Shown here piece after piece: positions 24,771 through 38,159 of a DNA stretch of 64,000 nt. This DNA comes from Chiloscyllium plagiosum. Its lineage: Eukaryota. The position numbers were made by a program, and so were the translations under genes. The stretch lies in NCBI RefSeq assembly GCF_004010195.1, contig NC_057720.1, forward strand, positions 26,823,153 to 26,887,152. The letters run 5' to 3'. A model generated the notes under the pieces. It did not search any database. It saw only the letters and a list, made by a program, of their open reading frames with translations, and was not told where the DNA came from. Every line of letters starts with the position of its first letter. Within the stretch, counting starts at the first letter, position 1.

Positions 24771-25809
24771 TCCATTAGCCCTTAGTGTACTGTAATTTGT
24801 GATGGCTCAGGGATTAATGGGGCTCACGTGGCTGCCAAGTGATCCCCTTGAGGTTGCTGGCAATCTTCCGGAAGGAATAGTGGATTGGGTTTGGGGTCCC
24901 TTATAGCCAGGCACTCTATGGCAAAAAGAACCAGAATCTATGATTAAAGATAGTCAATTTGCTTTTGGCATTTGTCAGTTGCAGACCGGTTGGTCCTACA
25001 TACTCATGTAAGCATTTCAGTGGATTGTAAAACTGAGTGGGGTCCTGCTGAGACCCTGAAACTTCAGCAATTTTAACCTCACCCACACTCAAGCACCCAC
25101 TTATAGTGACATGTTAACATTTTTTCACCTATTTCACCTATGTAACCCCCATCAACCATCTCTTCACCACAGTTCACCTTTTTACTTTGCCTGGATCTAA
25201 TTCAATGGCACACTATCGTCATTAAACACATTGTATGTTGCTATGACACTCAAATAATCTTTACCAAAACACTATCTAATTCTGTGACATTGACTTGTCT
25301 CTTCAGGTTTATAGCTATCCTCAAACCTGAACAGTAGCCTACTCCGCCTCTCCAAGCAGTTTAGTTTTAGACACTAGCTACATTCAGTTTATCAGGACTC
25401 TCTGACAGTTGGCACAATTTAACTGGAACCTGCTCTCCCCTTTTCCCCACCATTGTTACCATTGTGCCATGAATTGGAACTCCTGTTTCCCACACTGCAC
25501 CTTGAGGCACACATTCAACTTTCTGAGCTGTTTACTTTAACTTACACTTGCCTCATTTTGTAATTAAAATTATTTAGGCTACAGTTCTTCAAGCTTCTTC
25601 ATTACTAGTCCTACCTTTGTCATTGGTTTCGATATGGATCATGGCAGCTGGAATGATTGCTTATACCTAAACTCTTGTCATAACAGCTACAAGGAGATAT
25701 TTTACTTCTGACAGCCAGAAGGCATCACAACTTCAGAACTCCCAGTTATGAAAGCAAAGAACTGCATTTTTCCTCTAATGACTTAAATCTACAGTAAGAA
25801 AGGAAAGAC

Positions 25810-26200
25810 AAGGATTTATCTCGTAACTTTCAAGATGACTCAAAATGCTCTCCAGTTCTTTTGAAGAATAGTCAAGGTTGGAATTTGGAATCACTGCAAA
25901 CAAATTTTACAGAGTAAGTTCCCGCTATAATACTATGTTAACAAGACATTTTGCTGATGATGGTTGACGCATACATATTGGTCAGGTCAGTGGAGAACTC
26001 CCCTCTTCTTTTTCAAAAGTACCTTGTAACATTTTGAGCTCTTTTGAGACAGTAGTTAAGTGGGGACTATTATCTCATCTGGAGGATGATGTCTTCAACA
26101 ATGCCACAAGCTTCTCAGCGTTGCACTGAGGTGCTACGAAAGTATCATACTGTTTTAAGTTTCGGAGGAATCTAACACTCAAGTGTTGCCACAAGACAGA
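25810..26200 (-). mobile_element. Ancient DeuSINE/SacSINE1-like SINE, decayed
   Basis: atattggtcaggtcagtggagaactcccctcttctttttcaaaag...tctcatctggaggatgatgtcttcaacaatgc; reverse of the 36872 family. Confidence 0.6.
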
Positions 26201-27849
26201 ACTGAATTTAATGATATGTGACTACTGCAACTCAATTATGCTCCAATTTCCACATTGTCCTCCACATCAGACTGACTGGTGAGCCATCTGATCAAAGATA
26301 AACTATTCCCTTGGATCCCCATTTTAATATACATTTTTTAAGGAATCCTGCACTGGTTTCATCAATTAACATCTCCCTTTGAAATATCACACCATCATTC
26401 TACCTCATTTCTTGGCAATTAAATTTGCCAATAATTAGCACTTTCTCTTCTCCAACACTTAACTTATTTGCTCAAATGGTTCTATATCACACTTTTTCTG
26501 ATAGATTTCAAATTCTTAATTATGAATCTCTCTCCTCTTGTGTCATGGGTTTTTTCACCAAAAAGAACCTAGTCCTTTTATCTGAAGATAAAACACCTCT
26601 TTTGAGAACTGACTGATCCACTGTCGTTAGCAATGCTGCCCCTCCCTTAATTTACTTTCTTATCAGTTCTAAGCCTATTATCCAAAACTCTGTTTCTCTG
26701 CTAAGCTGAATTCTAGTTCCACACATAAGGTACAGGAGACTGCCAGTTATCTCAGGAAACACAATTCAAACCAAGGAAAGACTAATGCTGTATTTTTTGT
26801 TTTTGAGATGGATCATTTTGATTTCACACAGTAGTCCACCTGGTTGAGAACTGAGAAATTCACCTGAGGCTAAAGGATCTGAGTGACACAACAAGATGAG
26901 AGAAACTAAATGACATAAGAAGCAAACCGATCCAATTAAAACGAGCAGAAAAGGAGCTTTAAGTAAGTGAGTGACATCTCAAGAAAGGACAATATTACAG
27001 ATGCAACAAAATAAGTGAACTGCACTGACATAATAAAGCAAGAGACGCAATGAGATAACAATGTCGTTCTTACACAATTAAGTATGGAAGTTCTAATAGC
27101 AGAGGATAAAAGAGCCACAGTGTTGAGATGATTAAAGAGATTCTGAATGAGCCTGAAACTAGTCAAGCTGAAAAAAATCACGCACTGAAGATTTGTTAGG
27201 TTCAATGAAAAGGTGCAGTTTTAAAATTTTCGCATTTGCATACATTTTTCAAAGTCGACAGTTTATTTAATAATTTATTCGAATAATTTTGTCTGCAGGG
27301 AAGCTAACTTACAATTTCTTTACATTTGTTGTCATTTTTCAATTTCATAATTCATGAAACCTGATAAAATTATCTGCTTATTTCCATTAAAACCTTCTTG
27401 ACGTGTTCATTTTGTTTAATCGGTGTCGCTGGTTTGGCCAACAGTTATTTGCCCATTCTTAATTGCCCTTGAGAACATAGTGCCGAACTGCCTTAATAAT
27501 GCCATAGGAAATAGGAACAGGACTAGGCCATTCCATCCTTCAAATCTGCTCCACCATTCAGCATGGTTGATCCAACATTCCTCAAGTCTACTTTTCCTCA
27601 GAACCCTTGATTGCCCTCCTGATCTACCTCAGCCTTAAATATATACATGGGTTCCACAGCTCTCTGTGCCCAGGAGTTCCAAAAATTCATAACCCTCTGA
27701 CAGAAGAAATTCCTCCCCATCTCAGTCTGAAATTGGTGGTCCTATACCTTGAGAGTTTTCCCTCTGATCCTAGTCTCTCCCATGAGAGGAAACATCTTCT
27801 AAGCATCTACCCTGTCAAGCCCCTTAAGAATCAAATATGTTTCAATGAG

Positions 27850-28565
27850 ATAGAACATAGGAACATAAGAACTAGGAGCAGGAGTAGGCCACCTGGCCCT
27901 TTGAGCTTGCTCTGCCATTCAATAAGATCATGGCTGATCTTTTCATGGCCTCAGCTCCACTTGCCCACCCTCTCACCATAACCCTTAATTTCTTTACTGT
28001 TCAGAAAATTATCGATCCTAGCTTTAAAAGCATTTACTGAGGAAGCCTCAACCACTCCCCTGGACAGGGAATTCCATAGCTTCACAATTCTCTGGGTGAA
28101 GAAGTTCCTTCTCAATTCAATCCAAAATCTGCTCCCCCTAACTTTGAGGCCATGTCCTCTTGTCCTAGTTTCACCCACCAGTGGAAACATCCCCTCTACT
28201 TTTATCTTATCGTTTCCCTTCATAATTTTATATGTTTAAATAAGATCCCATCCTCATTCTTCTAAATTCCAATGAATATAATCCCAGTCTACTCAGTCTC
28301 TCCTCATAAGCAAACCCCGCAACTCCGGAATCAATCTCGTGAACCTCCTTGGCACTTCCTCCAGTGTCAGTATATCCTTTCTCAAGTAAAGAGACCAAAA
28401 CTGCACGCAGTTCTCCAGGTGTGGCCTCATCAGCACCTTCTACATCTGCAACATAACCTCCCTGCTTTTAAACTCAACCCCTTTAGCAATGAAGGACAAA
28501 ATTCCATTAGCCTTCCTAATTACCTGTTGCACCTGCAGACCAACCTTCTGTGATTCATGCACAAG
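27850..28565 (-). mobile_element. Younger CR1 3' fragment nested in the older CR1
   Basis: MFPLVGETRTRGHGLKVRGSRF..ELRRNFFTQRIVKLWNSL; tail agaacataggaacataagaac. Confidence 0.9.
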
Positions 28566-28724
28566 GATCATCTCATTCTTCTAAACTCCAGTAAGTGGAG
28601 TCCCAATCTGTCTAGCCTATGCTCATAAAATGACCCCTCCATATCAGGTATCATCTTAGTGAGCTTTCTCTGAATTGTTGCCAATGAAATAATATATTTC
28701 TTTAAATGAGGAATCTGAACTAGC

Positions 28725-28870
28725 ATCTGGATGAGCACCTAAAATGTCAAGGAGATGTAGGCAATGGACCAAATGCAGGTAAATGGGATTAGTGTAGTTT
28801 GGTGTTTGTTGGGTCGGCATAAACCTGTGGGCCAAAAGGCCTGTATCTAACTGTATTACTGCATGAGTCT
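28725..28870 (+). mobile_element. Short CR1 tail nested in opposite orientation
   Basis: gcatctggatgagcac...gggccaaaaggcctgtatct. Confidence 0.7.
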
Positions 28871-29194
28871 AAGGAGACCAAAACTGCTCACAGCTCTCCA
28901 GTTGTGATCTCACCAGTACCTTGTACAGCTGCTGTGAGACTTTCCTATTCTTATACCCCAAATAAGGGCCAACATTGAATTAGCCTTCCCAATTACCTAC
29001 TGCACCTATGTATTAGCTTACTGTGTTTCATGCACAAGTACCTCCAAGTCCCTATGTTTTGCAGCTTTCTGCACTTTTTCTCCACATAAATACTATTCTG
29101 TTCTTTTGTTCTCCCTTCCAAAATGATCAATTTCACATTTTCCCACTTTATATTCCATTTGCCAACTTATTGCCCACTTACTTGTTTAACTGAT

Positions 29195-29885
29195 GCAGTC
29201 CTCAGGGTGTATGGATGCCCACTGTGCAGTCAGGAATGGAATTCCAGGATTTTGACTCAGAAACAGTAAATGAATGATGACATTGTATCAAGTTAAGAAG
29301 GTGTATAACTTGCAGAAGGAGGTGTTCCACATATCCGCTGCCTTTTTCTTCTCGGTGGTAGAGGTCGCAGGTTGGGAAGGTACTCTCGTAGGAGTCTTGT
29401 TGAATTATTGCTGTGCAACTTGTAGGTCTATACACTGTCACTGTTGTGAGTCATCAGTGAAGGGAGTGAATATTGAATATGGTGGAAAGGGTACGAGTCA
29501 TGTGAATTGTTTTATCCTGGATAGTGTCAAGTTTCTTGACTGTTGTTAAGCTGCTCTCATCCACACAAGTGAAAAGTATTCCATCACACTCTTTACATGT
29601 GTATTGTAAATGTTGGGTGGACACTGTGGAGACAGCAAATGAATTTTCACTCCAGGATTTCTAGTCTCTGATCAGCTCTTGTAGACATAGTATTTACGAG
29701 CTGGTCCAGTTTAGTTTCTGATCCATAGTAACCCCCAGGAGTTGGTAATTGGGGATTCATTAAAGGTAATGCCATTGAATGTAAAGATGTGATAGTTAGA
29801 TTCTCTCTTGTTTGAGATGGTCATTGCATGGCATTTTTGTGACATGAATGGTACTTTCCATTCTTCAGACAAATTCCCATCCATA
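29195..29885 (-). mobile_element. LINE RT C-terminal/3' fragment (family of 36130-36690; clade not determined)
   Basis: EEWKVPFMSQKCHAMTISNKRESNY..TFNGITFNESP..; ESKSWNSIP. Confidence 0.8.
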
Positions 29886-30684
29886 CACGCCATGCCCAGT
29901 AGTTAGGATCTTCAGTTCTTTACAACGTGTTCCAATTTTGTCCATTGATCTAAATCTATCTCATTATATTCCTCATTAGAATGCATTGCATGAACGCAAG
30001 CTCTCTGTTTCTAATTTTTATATAAAATGGAGCCAATTTGAATGTTAAATTCAGACTTTTTTTGGGTATGTCAATGAGGTCCCACTCAGAGTTACCCGTA
30101 AATGCTTCCCTTATCTTGCAATGAAATGCTTTGTGGTGCTATTTGGGCCTTTATATCTTGTCTATAACTGAGGCATGGTTGTTTCATTATGTTATTGGCA
30201 GATATTGCTTTATTGTTCCATTGCAGCTCTCACAATTTGATTTGTCACTTGAAATTTCTTGCTTTCATACTTTGCTCAATATTTGAACAGTCTCAATCAG
30301 TTCCTATTGACATCAGTCACAGCCTAAACCAGATACAATTTTACAGAATAAAATGGAAAACAACAAAATTCATGAGGTACGTTTTCTCCTGACAATAAGG
30401 TTCATGCACATCGTTTGAATCAAATGAAAGGAGCTTTTATAGTCCCTGTGAATTTCACACATGAACGACTTGCACAAAGTATGGAGCTAGCATTGCCAGA
30501 TTATCGAAGTAGGCTAATTAAAAGAATTTACCTGCAGTATCAGGTAAATTTTCAATAAGCACAGGATGTGCTATGGAAGAGGAATAAGGAAAATAGTAGC
30601 ATCTGTAAAGTTGTTTTATTTTTCATAACGATTGCTTGTCAATTTTCTCACAGCTACAGATACTATACAATGTTGTCAATGATC

Positions 30685-31135
30685 AGCAGCATTTTGCATT
30701 CATATAGCTCCTTTAATTTGGTAATCGTGTGAAGGCACTTCACAAACAAGCATGACCAAACTGAATTTGACATAAACCACATAAGGAGCATTAGATCAAT
30801 AAAGAACAGCCTGTTCAAAATAAAAAAAAAACTTAAAGAGTATCTTAAAGAAAACAGAGGTTTAGAAAAGCAGAGGTAATTCCATAATCATCAATGGTAG
30901 GATAACTAGAATGTGGAATGCTTAAGCTACATATGCAAGAGCATATAAATCATAAAAGGACTGCAAGAGATTAAAAAAATGAAGGAAGGAAAGTCCACAG
31001 AGGGATATGAAACAAGGCTAAGAATGTTGCTATCAAGTCATTGCTCAAATGGGATCCAATGGGTAAGTCAGCAAATAAGAAGGTAGGGGGGGTGTGGTGC
31101 TGATTGAAAAATGACAGAGCAACCAGTTTGAAAAA
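30685..31135 (-). mobile_element. L2-like LINE 3' fragment, decayed
   Basis: ttgcattcatatagctcctttaat..aaggcacttcaca tail; reverse of 37585-37965. Confidence 0.6.
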
Positions 31136-31456
31136 TAATAATTGTGTTTTGGGAGAAGTGATGAGTTGTGTACCCATATTTCAGGCAGAGGAGAATTTTC
31201 CTTCTGAGAGACGGTAGCACAAATTGTGAACGCTGTCTGTCAGGGAAGCAGCTGAGTAAGGCATAGACTGAGGAAAAGTGCCACAGTAATGTGGGCTATA
31301 GTTTAGGAACACAAGGAAACTTATGTTTACAACAAATACTGTGACCCCAATATCAACAATATACTGTGATGAGTTTGGTTTTTCCCTTTTCAACTGGATG
31401 TCTACCCTGATACTCAGTTGGAATACTACTGACACCATGAAAACCCACAAATTGAA

Positions 31457-31648
31457 GTTAAAAATCACACAACACCAGATTACAGTCCAATAGGTTTAAT
31501 TGGAAGCACACTAGCTTTCGGAGTGCCACTCCTTCATCAGGTGCTCTGAAGCTAGTGCTTCCAATTTAACCTGTTGGACTATAACCTAATGTTGTGTGAT
31601 TTTTAACTTTGTACACCCCAGTCCAACACCGGCATCTCCAAATCATGA
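31457..31648. mobile_element. Fold-back PLE pLTR insertion (second HHR family) with ~12-bp TSD
   Basis: Inverted arms around 31541; minus gcacCTGATGAaggagtggcactccGAAAgctagtgt; TSD ccacaaattgaa (31445) / ccacaatttgaa (31649). Confidence 0.85.
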
Positions 31649-32760
31649 CCACAATTTGAAAGCACTGTAGTTGCACTTTCACCTGCATTGTGATGTTCCT
31701 GCTTTCATACACTATTCATATATATCATGAGCTGTTATCAGGGGCTTGATATGTGTTACCACTTCCAGGAAATTAAAAAAACTTGAATTTATTTCATTAT
31801 TTATCAGATTTTCAATAAATGCAGAAAAATAATTCATTCAAATGGAATGACACTGAGTCACAGTTACCATTGTTTTAAAGACAAGCACAGGCAACATCTC
31901 TCATAAAATAAATTACATGATAGGGCGGTTAATCTTTTGCTGCTGGCATTGGTCGTACAAGAAATATTTATCAGTACATCGTTCCTCATATGGTGCTAGC
32001 AAAGCATCTTCAATACTTATTTGAATCGGCAGATAGCTATACAGCAGACCATAAACACATGAGATGGTGACACCTTGAAAATATTCAGCATACCTTCTGT
32101 AATGCACTTCAGTGCCAGGCTAGGTTGATGTCATAAATCTTTGAAAAGGGCTTGAACTTTCTGACCTGGCAGGGGGTAAGTCACTGCAAACCAAGCCAAG
32201 CTGGAATATTTTTCTATCATGGCATCTAATTGAACTTTGAATGACTACAAAGTCTTTATTGGAGATAATTCTATTTTGGACATTATTACATTATATATTT
32301 GAAGAAGATTCTCACAGCCTGTGTGCTATGGTTGTAGCAGGAGGAATGCATTGACAATCAAGCCCCACCAGTTATACCATTCATGTAAAAATGTTGATTC
32401 AATCAGTCAAATGGCTAATCAACCCCCTTTTTGGATTAGCATCCAGAATAAAAGAGACTTCCAGCAGGCTTCTTGTAATGAACTCAAATAATTTTCAAAC
32501 AAACTTATCCTTAAAACAAGTGGCCAATATTGGTTAGTGTCTACACTATAATCCAGAATTTCATCCCAAACATAGCCACAGTCACATAGCACAAAAGACA
32601 ATAGTCTCTGCACAGATAATTTGTTTAAAAAATTATCAAAAGATAAAACAACCCCATTGGTCAAGAGTTTGAAACAAAGCATAGAATTTGGTGACTTCTT
32701 ATGGTGAACCAGGTTTCTTGTCAATAAAATCAAATTACTGACAGCTGTGGATTGACAGAA

Positions 32761-33080
32761 GATTAGATTAGATTAGATTACTTACAGTGTGGAAACAGGC
32801 CCTTCGGCCCAACAAGTCCACACCGACCCGCCGAAGCGCAACCCACCCATACCCCTACATTTACCCCTTACCTAACACTACGGGCAATTTAGCATGGCCA
32901 ATTCACCTGACCTGCACATCTTTGGATTGTGGGAGGAAACCGGAGCACCCGGAGGAAACCCACGCAGACACGGGGAGAACGTGCAAACTCCACACAGTCA
33001 GTCGCCTGAGTCGGGAATTGAACCCAGGTCTCTGGCGCTGTGAGGCAGCAGTGCTAACCACTGTGCCACCGTGCCGCCCT
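32761..33080 (-). mobile_element. Full-length, young HE1-like tRNA SINE
   Basis: Minus gggcggcacggtggcacagtggttagcactgctgcctcacagcgccagagacctgggttcaattcccg (A and B boxes); CR1-like 3' tail with (taatc)n; CpGs retained. Confidence 0.95.
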
Positions 33081-33319
33081 TTTAAAATAGAATTTTGGTT
33101 CAGATTGAATTCCATCTGGAGTCAATTCTTTAGAAAGTGATCAGAGTTCAGCTTTTTATGGTTTATGAAGTAGTCAGAATACTGATGTTTAGAAACTTCA
33201 TTAGGCTCCCAAAAATGTCCACTGAGAGAAAAGACAGACATGTAACTCCTGAGGTTTCCTAACCATCTAGGTCTGTGATAACAGAAATCACATCCATAAA
33301 GAGTAGTTGACAGGGTCCT

Positions 33320-34312
33320 CAGCTGGGTCCGACCCATCTCCCACACTTTAGCCCTCACTCCCTCTCTTCCCTCCCACAACAGTGATTGGGTTCCCTCTTG
33401 CCCTCACCTACCAACCCGCCAGCATCTACATCCAGAGGATCATTTGCTACCTTTTTCTCCACCTCCAAAGGGATGCCACCATAGACATATATTCCCTTAC
33501 CCTCCCTTGGCAGCCTTCTGCAATGACTATTCTCTCCAGAACACCCTGATCCACTCCTCCTTCATACCTAACACCCCCCACAGCCCCATGGCACCTTACA
33601 CAGCATCTCTAGAAGGTGTAATACCTGCCCATTTACTTCCTCCCTTCTCAGTATCCAAGGGCCTGAACACAGCTTATAGATGAGGTAGTGTTTTACCTGC
33701 ATTTCACTCAACCTAGTCTATTGCATTCACTGTTTATGATGTGGTCTCCTCTACATTGGAGAAACAAAGCATAAACTGAGCGATCACTTTGCATATGTGT
33801 CTGCAAAAAAGACTCTGAGCTTCCAGTTGCATGCCACTTGAACATGCCACCTTGTTCTTTGGCCAACATCCCTGTTTCATGTTTGCAGTGCTCCAGCGAA
33901 GCTCAGTGCAAGCTGGAAGAACAGCACCTCATTGTCCGCTTGGGAACTTTCCAGCCTTCTGGGTACAAAATCAAGTTCAACCATTTTAGGGCTTGACACA
34001 CCTTCTACCATGTCCTTACACACAACCCATTATTAGCCATTACTAGCTCCCATTGGTAGCAATTCATTCTCTTAGGCTTATCATTATCCACTCCCTCTGT
34101 GTGCAACTGCTCTCTTCTCTCCTTGAACTCTATTTCCACCTATGTTTACTCCTTACCCCCTCACACCACCCTATCTTCTGCATAAAAAAACGTTTTCCCA
34201 GCTACCATCAGTCCTGAGGGAGGGTCACTGGACCTGAAACGCTAACTCAGATTTCTCTCCACAGATGCTGCAGATCTGCTGAGCTTTTCCAGCAATTTCT
34301 GTCTTTGTTTCT
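33320..34312 (+). mobile_element. PLE 3' portion (linker, GIY-YIG endonuclease remnant, pLTR)
   Basis: ctagtctattgcattcactgtttatgatgtggtctcctctacattggagaaacaaagc (LVYCIHC..CGLLYIGETK); HHR-like ctgagggagggtcactggacctgaaacgct at ~34213. Confidence 0.85.
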
Positions 34313-34509
34313 ACGAAATATTTCTGAGCAACCCCCATTGAATTTTCAAAGGTGGGTTTTTCACCAATTATGGGCAAGAAAATTCATACTTTACCTCCCT
34401 AAAAGCTTTGCATGCCTTTTCTCCAAAGTCACTTGTGTTTCTGTAAATAGGCTAAACACATTAAATTGTTGGCGCAATTTTCCAAGAAAACAAATGGTAA
34501 AATATGCTC

Positions 34510-34640
34510 ATTCCTGATGAAGGGCTTTTGCCCAAAATGTCAATTTTCCTGCTCCTTGGATGCTGCCTGACCTGCTGTGCTTTTTCAGCACTACACTCTC
34601 GACTCTAATCTCCAACATCTGCAGTCCTCACTTTCGTCCA
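34510..34640 (+). mobile_element. Solo PLE pLTR
   Basis: attcctgatgaagggcttttgcccaaaatgtc...gcagtcctcactttc. Confidence 0.9.
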
Positions 34641-34799
34641 TTTTTCAATCTATGTCTTCCAGTTTTTTACATCGACTTTATAGATAAGTATATATCCTCA
34701 ACATGTGCGTATGGTGTGCATGTATGTGTACCTGTATACAGCAGTTAATTAGCATGAATTTTATTAACTCTACTTTTAACTAACATTGTAGCAATAAGC

Positions 34800-35880
34800 T
34801 CGGATTTTGAAATTATTCAATTTGTCCTTATTGATTCTGTATACTTCAATGGGATTTCCCTATAATTGTTGCATTTTTTAGAAAAGTTCTCTGATCTTTG
34901 TTGATAGCTTATCCAATTTGCCTTTGAGATCAGTCTTGGTACTCTTGATGGCCTTTCCATAGCACATTTTTTTGTGATTATTAGTTTACTCAGAAACGTT
35001 TTGTACAAAATATTATCAAAAGCTTTTTAAAATTTTATCTATTTCTCTTTGAATAGCACTATCTACTCTACTTAGAACTTCTCAAAAGAGTCAATAAATT
35101 TTGTCAGTCAGCCTTTCCAAAGTTATATAGACTGCTTCTTATTAAGATATTGCTGAAAATATATTCTTCTTCCCAGCCTTTGGATTAATGGACATGCACA
35201 TGTATGAGCTACTTTTGCCATTGATTTTAGATATATCGAGCTTGCCTGGGTATCGTTAACAGGGCTCAGCAATTCTTTGAGTAAGCACACCACATATTTC
35301 TTCGAAGGTTACTTCAGCATCTGTGGAACATGCCATTGGGCCCTGGAGATTGGTTAAACTTGAGTTCTGCTAACCAGTCGATCACACTGATTTCAAAATC
35401 TTCCGGGACATAGAGTATACTGTTGAAATTGGCCAGCAAGCTTATTTTATCTTCTCTTGTGAATGCTTGTAGTAATTATTCCTGTCATATTTCAACTATT
35501 TCATTATTGAACTTCACTGCCATTCTTATTCTTTTGCAGTTCAAGCCTCCTCTCCAATTGTTAGTTTACTGTTATGATAGTAAAAGAGTTGTACAATGTA
35601 TCAAGTTTAACAACTTTAGCTACACTCATCTCCTGGGTCCTCTTTGCATTTAATCTCCCTTTATTACATTTTAGCAATTCCACTACTTCCCCAGAGTATT
35701 CTATTTCTTGTTGCCATATGGATTTTATATGGTTTGTAATTTTTTTTATTCTTAACAGTCAATTTTTCATACAACTTGTTTAGCTTTCATTTATTTTTCT
35801 TGGGGGTATATTTATATGCCATTCTCAATTATTCTTTCAAAATCTTTAAAACTTTTCCTCAAATGAGATAACTCACAGAA
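34800..35880 (-). mobile_element. Old CR1-like ORF2 fragment
   Basis: Residual motifs gcctttgagatcagtc and ccattgggccctggagat (minus SPGPDG-like). Confidence 0.55.
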
Positions 35881-36129
35881 ATATTACTCAACCAAGTTGT
35901 TATAATTTTGCATTATAATGATGCTATCAAAACCAGTTGTCTGGTCTCCAGTGGTGATGATTACCCAATAAGCTTAGGCATATGCATATTGTGGTCAAAA
36001 TGATTGTTTTCTGAATGCTAATCTAATCACTTGAACAACTTAGCTATGAACAGACATTATTTCCAAGTTATTATCTGTATTTCTGGATCAAAATCATTTA
36101 TCTGGAATGGATTTCGCCAGGATGGTATT

Positions 36130-36690
36130 GGAGGCTAGGGATACCGCAACGAGTAACTCACCAACTGACTCCCCAAAGCATATCCGTCATCTACAACGGA
36201 CGGAATACTTGTCATTTGCATGGATGGGTGCAGCTCCAAAAGCACTCAAGAACTTTGACACTATCCAGGATAAAAGCAGCCTACTTGATTGGCACCACAT
36301 CCACAAACAATCATTCCTTCCACCACCAACGCTCAGTAGCAGTAGTGTGTACTATCTACAAGATGCACTGCAGAAATTTACCAAAGATCCTTCGATAGCA
36401 CCTTCCAGATGCATGACCACTTCCAGCTAGAAGACCAAGGCAGCAGATACATGGGAACATCACCTCTTTAAAGTTCTCCTCCAAGCTATCCATCATCCTG
36501 ACTTGGAAATATATCACAGTTTCTTCACTGTCACTGGGTCAAAATCCTAGAATTGCCTCCCTCAGAGCTTTGTGGATCAACCCACTGCAGATGGATTGCA
36601 GCAGTTCAAGCAGATAGCCCACCACCAGCTTCTCAAGGGTAACTAAGGGCAGGTAATAAATGCTAGCCAGCCAGTGATACCCACAAATGA
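36130..36690 (+). mobile_element. LINE RT C-terminal fragment with 3' tail (clade not determined)
   Basis: EYLSFAWMGAAPKALKNFDTIQDK / AAYLIG...HSFHHQRSVAVVCTIYKMHC. Confidence 0.85.
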
Positions 36691-36871
36691 ATTTTATATT
36701 TGGGTAGTGTCTGCCTCTGATAAGGAAGGGCTTGAACGTGAGGTGGATTGGTCAGTGGGAAACCCCCTGAACAGTGATAATGATCAGCAGTCTCTGGACT
36801 GTTTTGCTGCTCTCTAAGACTGCTGAAAAAGATTTTAAGCTCTATTTTTTTTCTCCTGCATCTAAAGGAAG

Positions 36872-37070
36872 GTGTCAGCCTTGGCTCAGTGGAATCAAGA
36901 GTCTGAGTTAGAAGCTTTCGTAGTCAAGACACTACTCAGCACCTCGAACACATAATCAGAGCCAAGACCCCAATGCAATGTCGAGGGAGCATTACAATCA
37001 GAGGTGCCATCTTTTTGATTAGAAGTTGAAGCATGCCCCCTCATGTGGGTATAAAAGAGAAAAGTTAAAA
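36872..37070 (+). mobile_element. DeuSINE/SacSINE1-like SINE 5' part
   Basis: gtgtcagccttggctcagtgg...tctgagttagaag...gagggagc...gaggtgccatcttt, resembling the AmnSINE1/SacSINE1 head and core as I recall them. Confidence 0.6.
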
Positions 37071-37584
37071 ATAAATGAAGAGGACAAACTTACAATCTTC
37101 GATCTGAATTCTAAAAATTGTAGTGAAGAATATAATCAAGCTAAAAATAAATTAGTTTCTCGAGCCTATTGTATTCTGAGATGTAGGCAAGGAAATTGTA
37201 TCTGCTTCAGTCATGTTCTTCCAAAACCTTCTGGTTTTAGGAATTATTCATTTGCACTGGAAAATTACCAATCTCACATTTTACTGAAAAGAAATGTGTG
37301 AGAGAAATTAAGACATTATAGATCTATTGACTAATGTCTGTTGAGGGAAAATTACTAGAATCTATTATTTGTGACAAAGAGACATTAGCATGCTGACAAA
37401 TATGAGGTAAATAAAAAGTGCCAACATGGATTTGTTATACATAAATCATGTCAAACAATCTCAGTTGATATTTTTGTAGAGGAAACTAACATAGCAGTTA
37501 AGAGATTGTCATTGGATAGGAATGAAATAAACTTCCAGAAGACATTCAATAAAGTTCCCCATAGAAGACTTAGTGCAAAGGTAA

Positions 37585-37965
37585 AATAATACTTCTGTTT
37601 TCAAAATCGTCCATAATGTTACCCCCATTATCTCTCTAACCTTTTCGAGTGCTACAACTCTCCAAATGACTATGCTTCTCAATTTTTGGCCTCTTGCCCA
37701 CCTTTGGCACCGACATCTTTAACTATATAGGCCATAAATTTTGAAATTCCTTCAATAAATACCTCTGCCTCTTTACCTCTCTCTCTCTTCCCTTTATAGC
37801 ATGTCCCTTAAAGCCAAACATTTATTAACTCCATATGTTATCTCCATATGTGGCTCAGTATCACATAGCGGTTGATAGACCTCCCATAAAGTGCTGTGCA
37901 GTGCTTTATTACATTAGGTAAATGCAGAATTATATGAACAGAAGCTATTGTTTTTGTTGTTGTTA
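37585..37965 (+). mobile_element. L2-like LINE 3' end inserted in a decayed CR1 (37280-37585, resuming ~38540-38880 and 39160-39520)
   Basis: aaattccttcaataaatacctctgcctctttacctctctctc...aaagtgctgtg...(ttg)n tail. Confidence 0.6.
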
Positions 37966-38159
37966 CAAATATTAGAGACAACTTCTTGATATGCAAAGAG
38001 AACTACTTCTGAGGCAGGTGACAAAAAGTGGGGATCTAGATATGTATTCCAATTGATAAAATTTTATTAATAATGTTCCTTTGGAGGGCTTAGCTTTGTA
38101 CTTCATTTATCAATTAGTTAGGTGAAACAATAGAGAATTGGTTATCTTAAAGAATTAGG

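Larger units (their letters stand above)
27505..29190 (-). mobile_element. Older CR1 3' fragment hosting nested CR1 insertions
   Basis: CR1 3' tail at 27505; colinear ORF2 remnants resume at ~28566 and ~28872. Confidence 0.85.

Noticed and set aside
30443..30543. Possible 101-nt exon (PVNFTHERLAQSMELALPDYRSRLIKRIYLQYQ) with ag/gtaaat boundaries
   Set aside because: Weak purine-rich acceptor and unrecognised peptide; the donor-like motif is one arm of a small hairpin (aatttacctg/caggtaaatt, 30525-30550)
33000..33080. tRNA-like sequence
   Set aside because: It is the head of an HE1 SINE, not a tRNA gene
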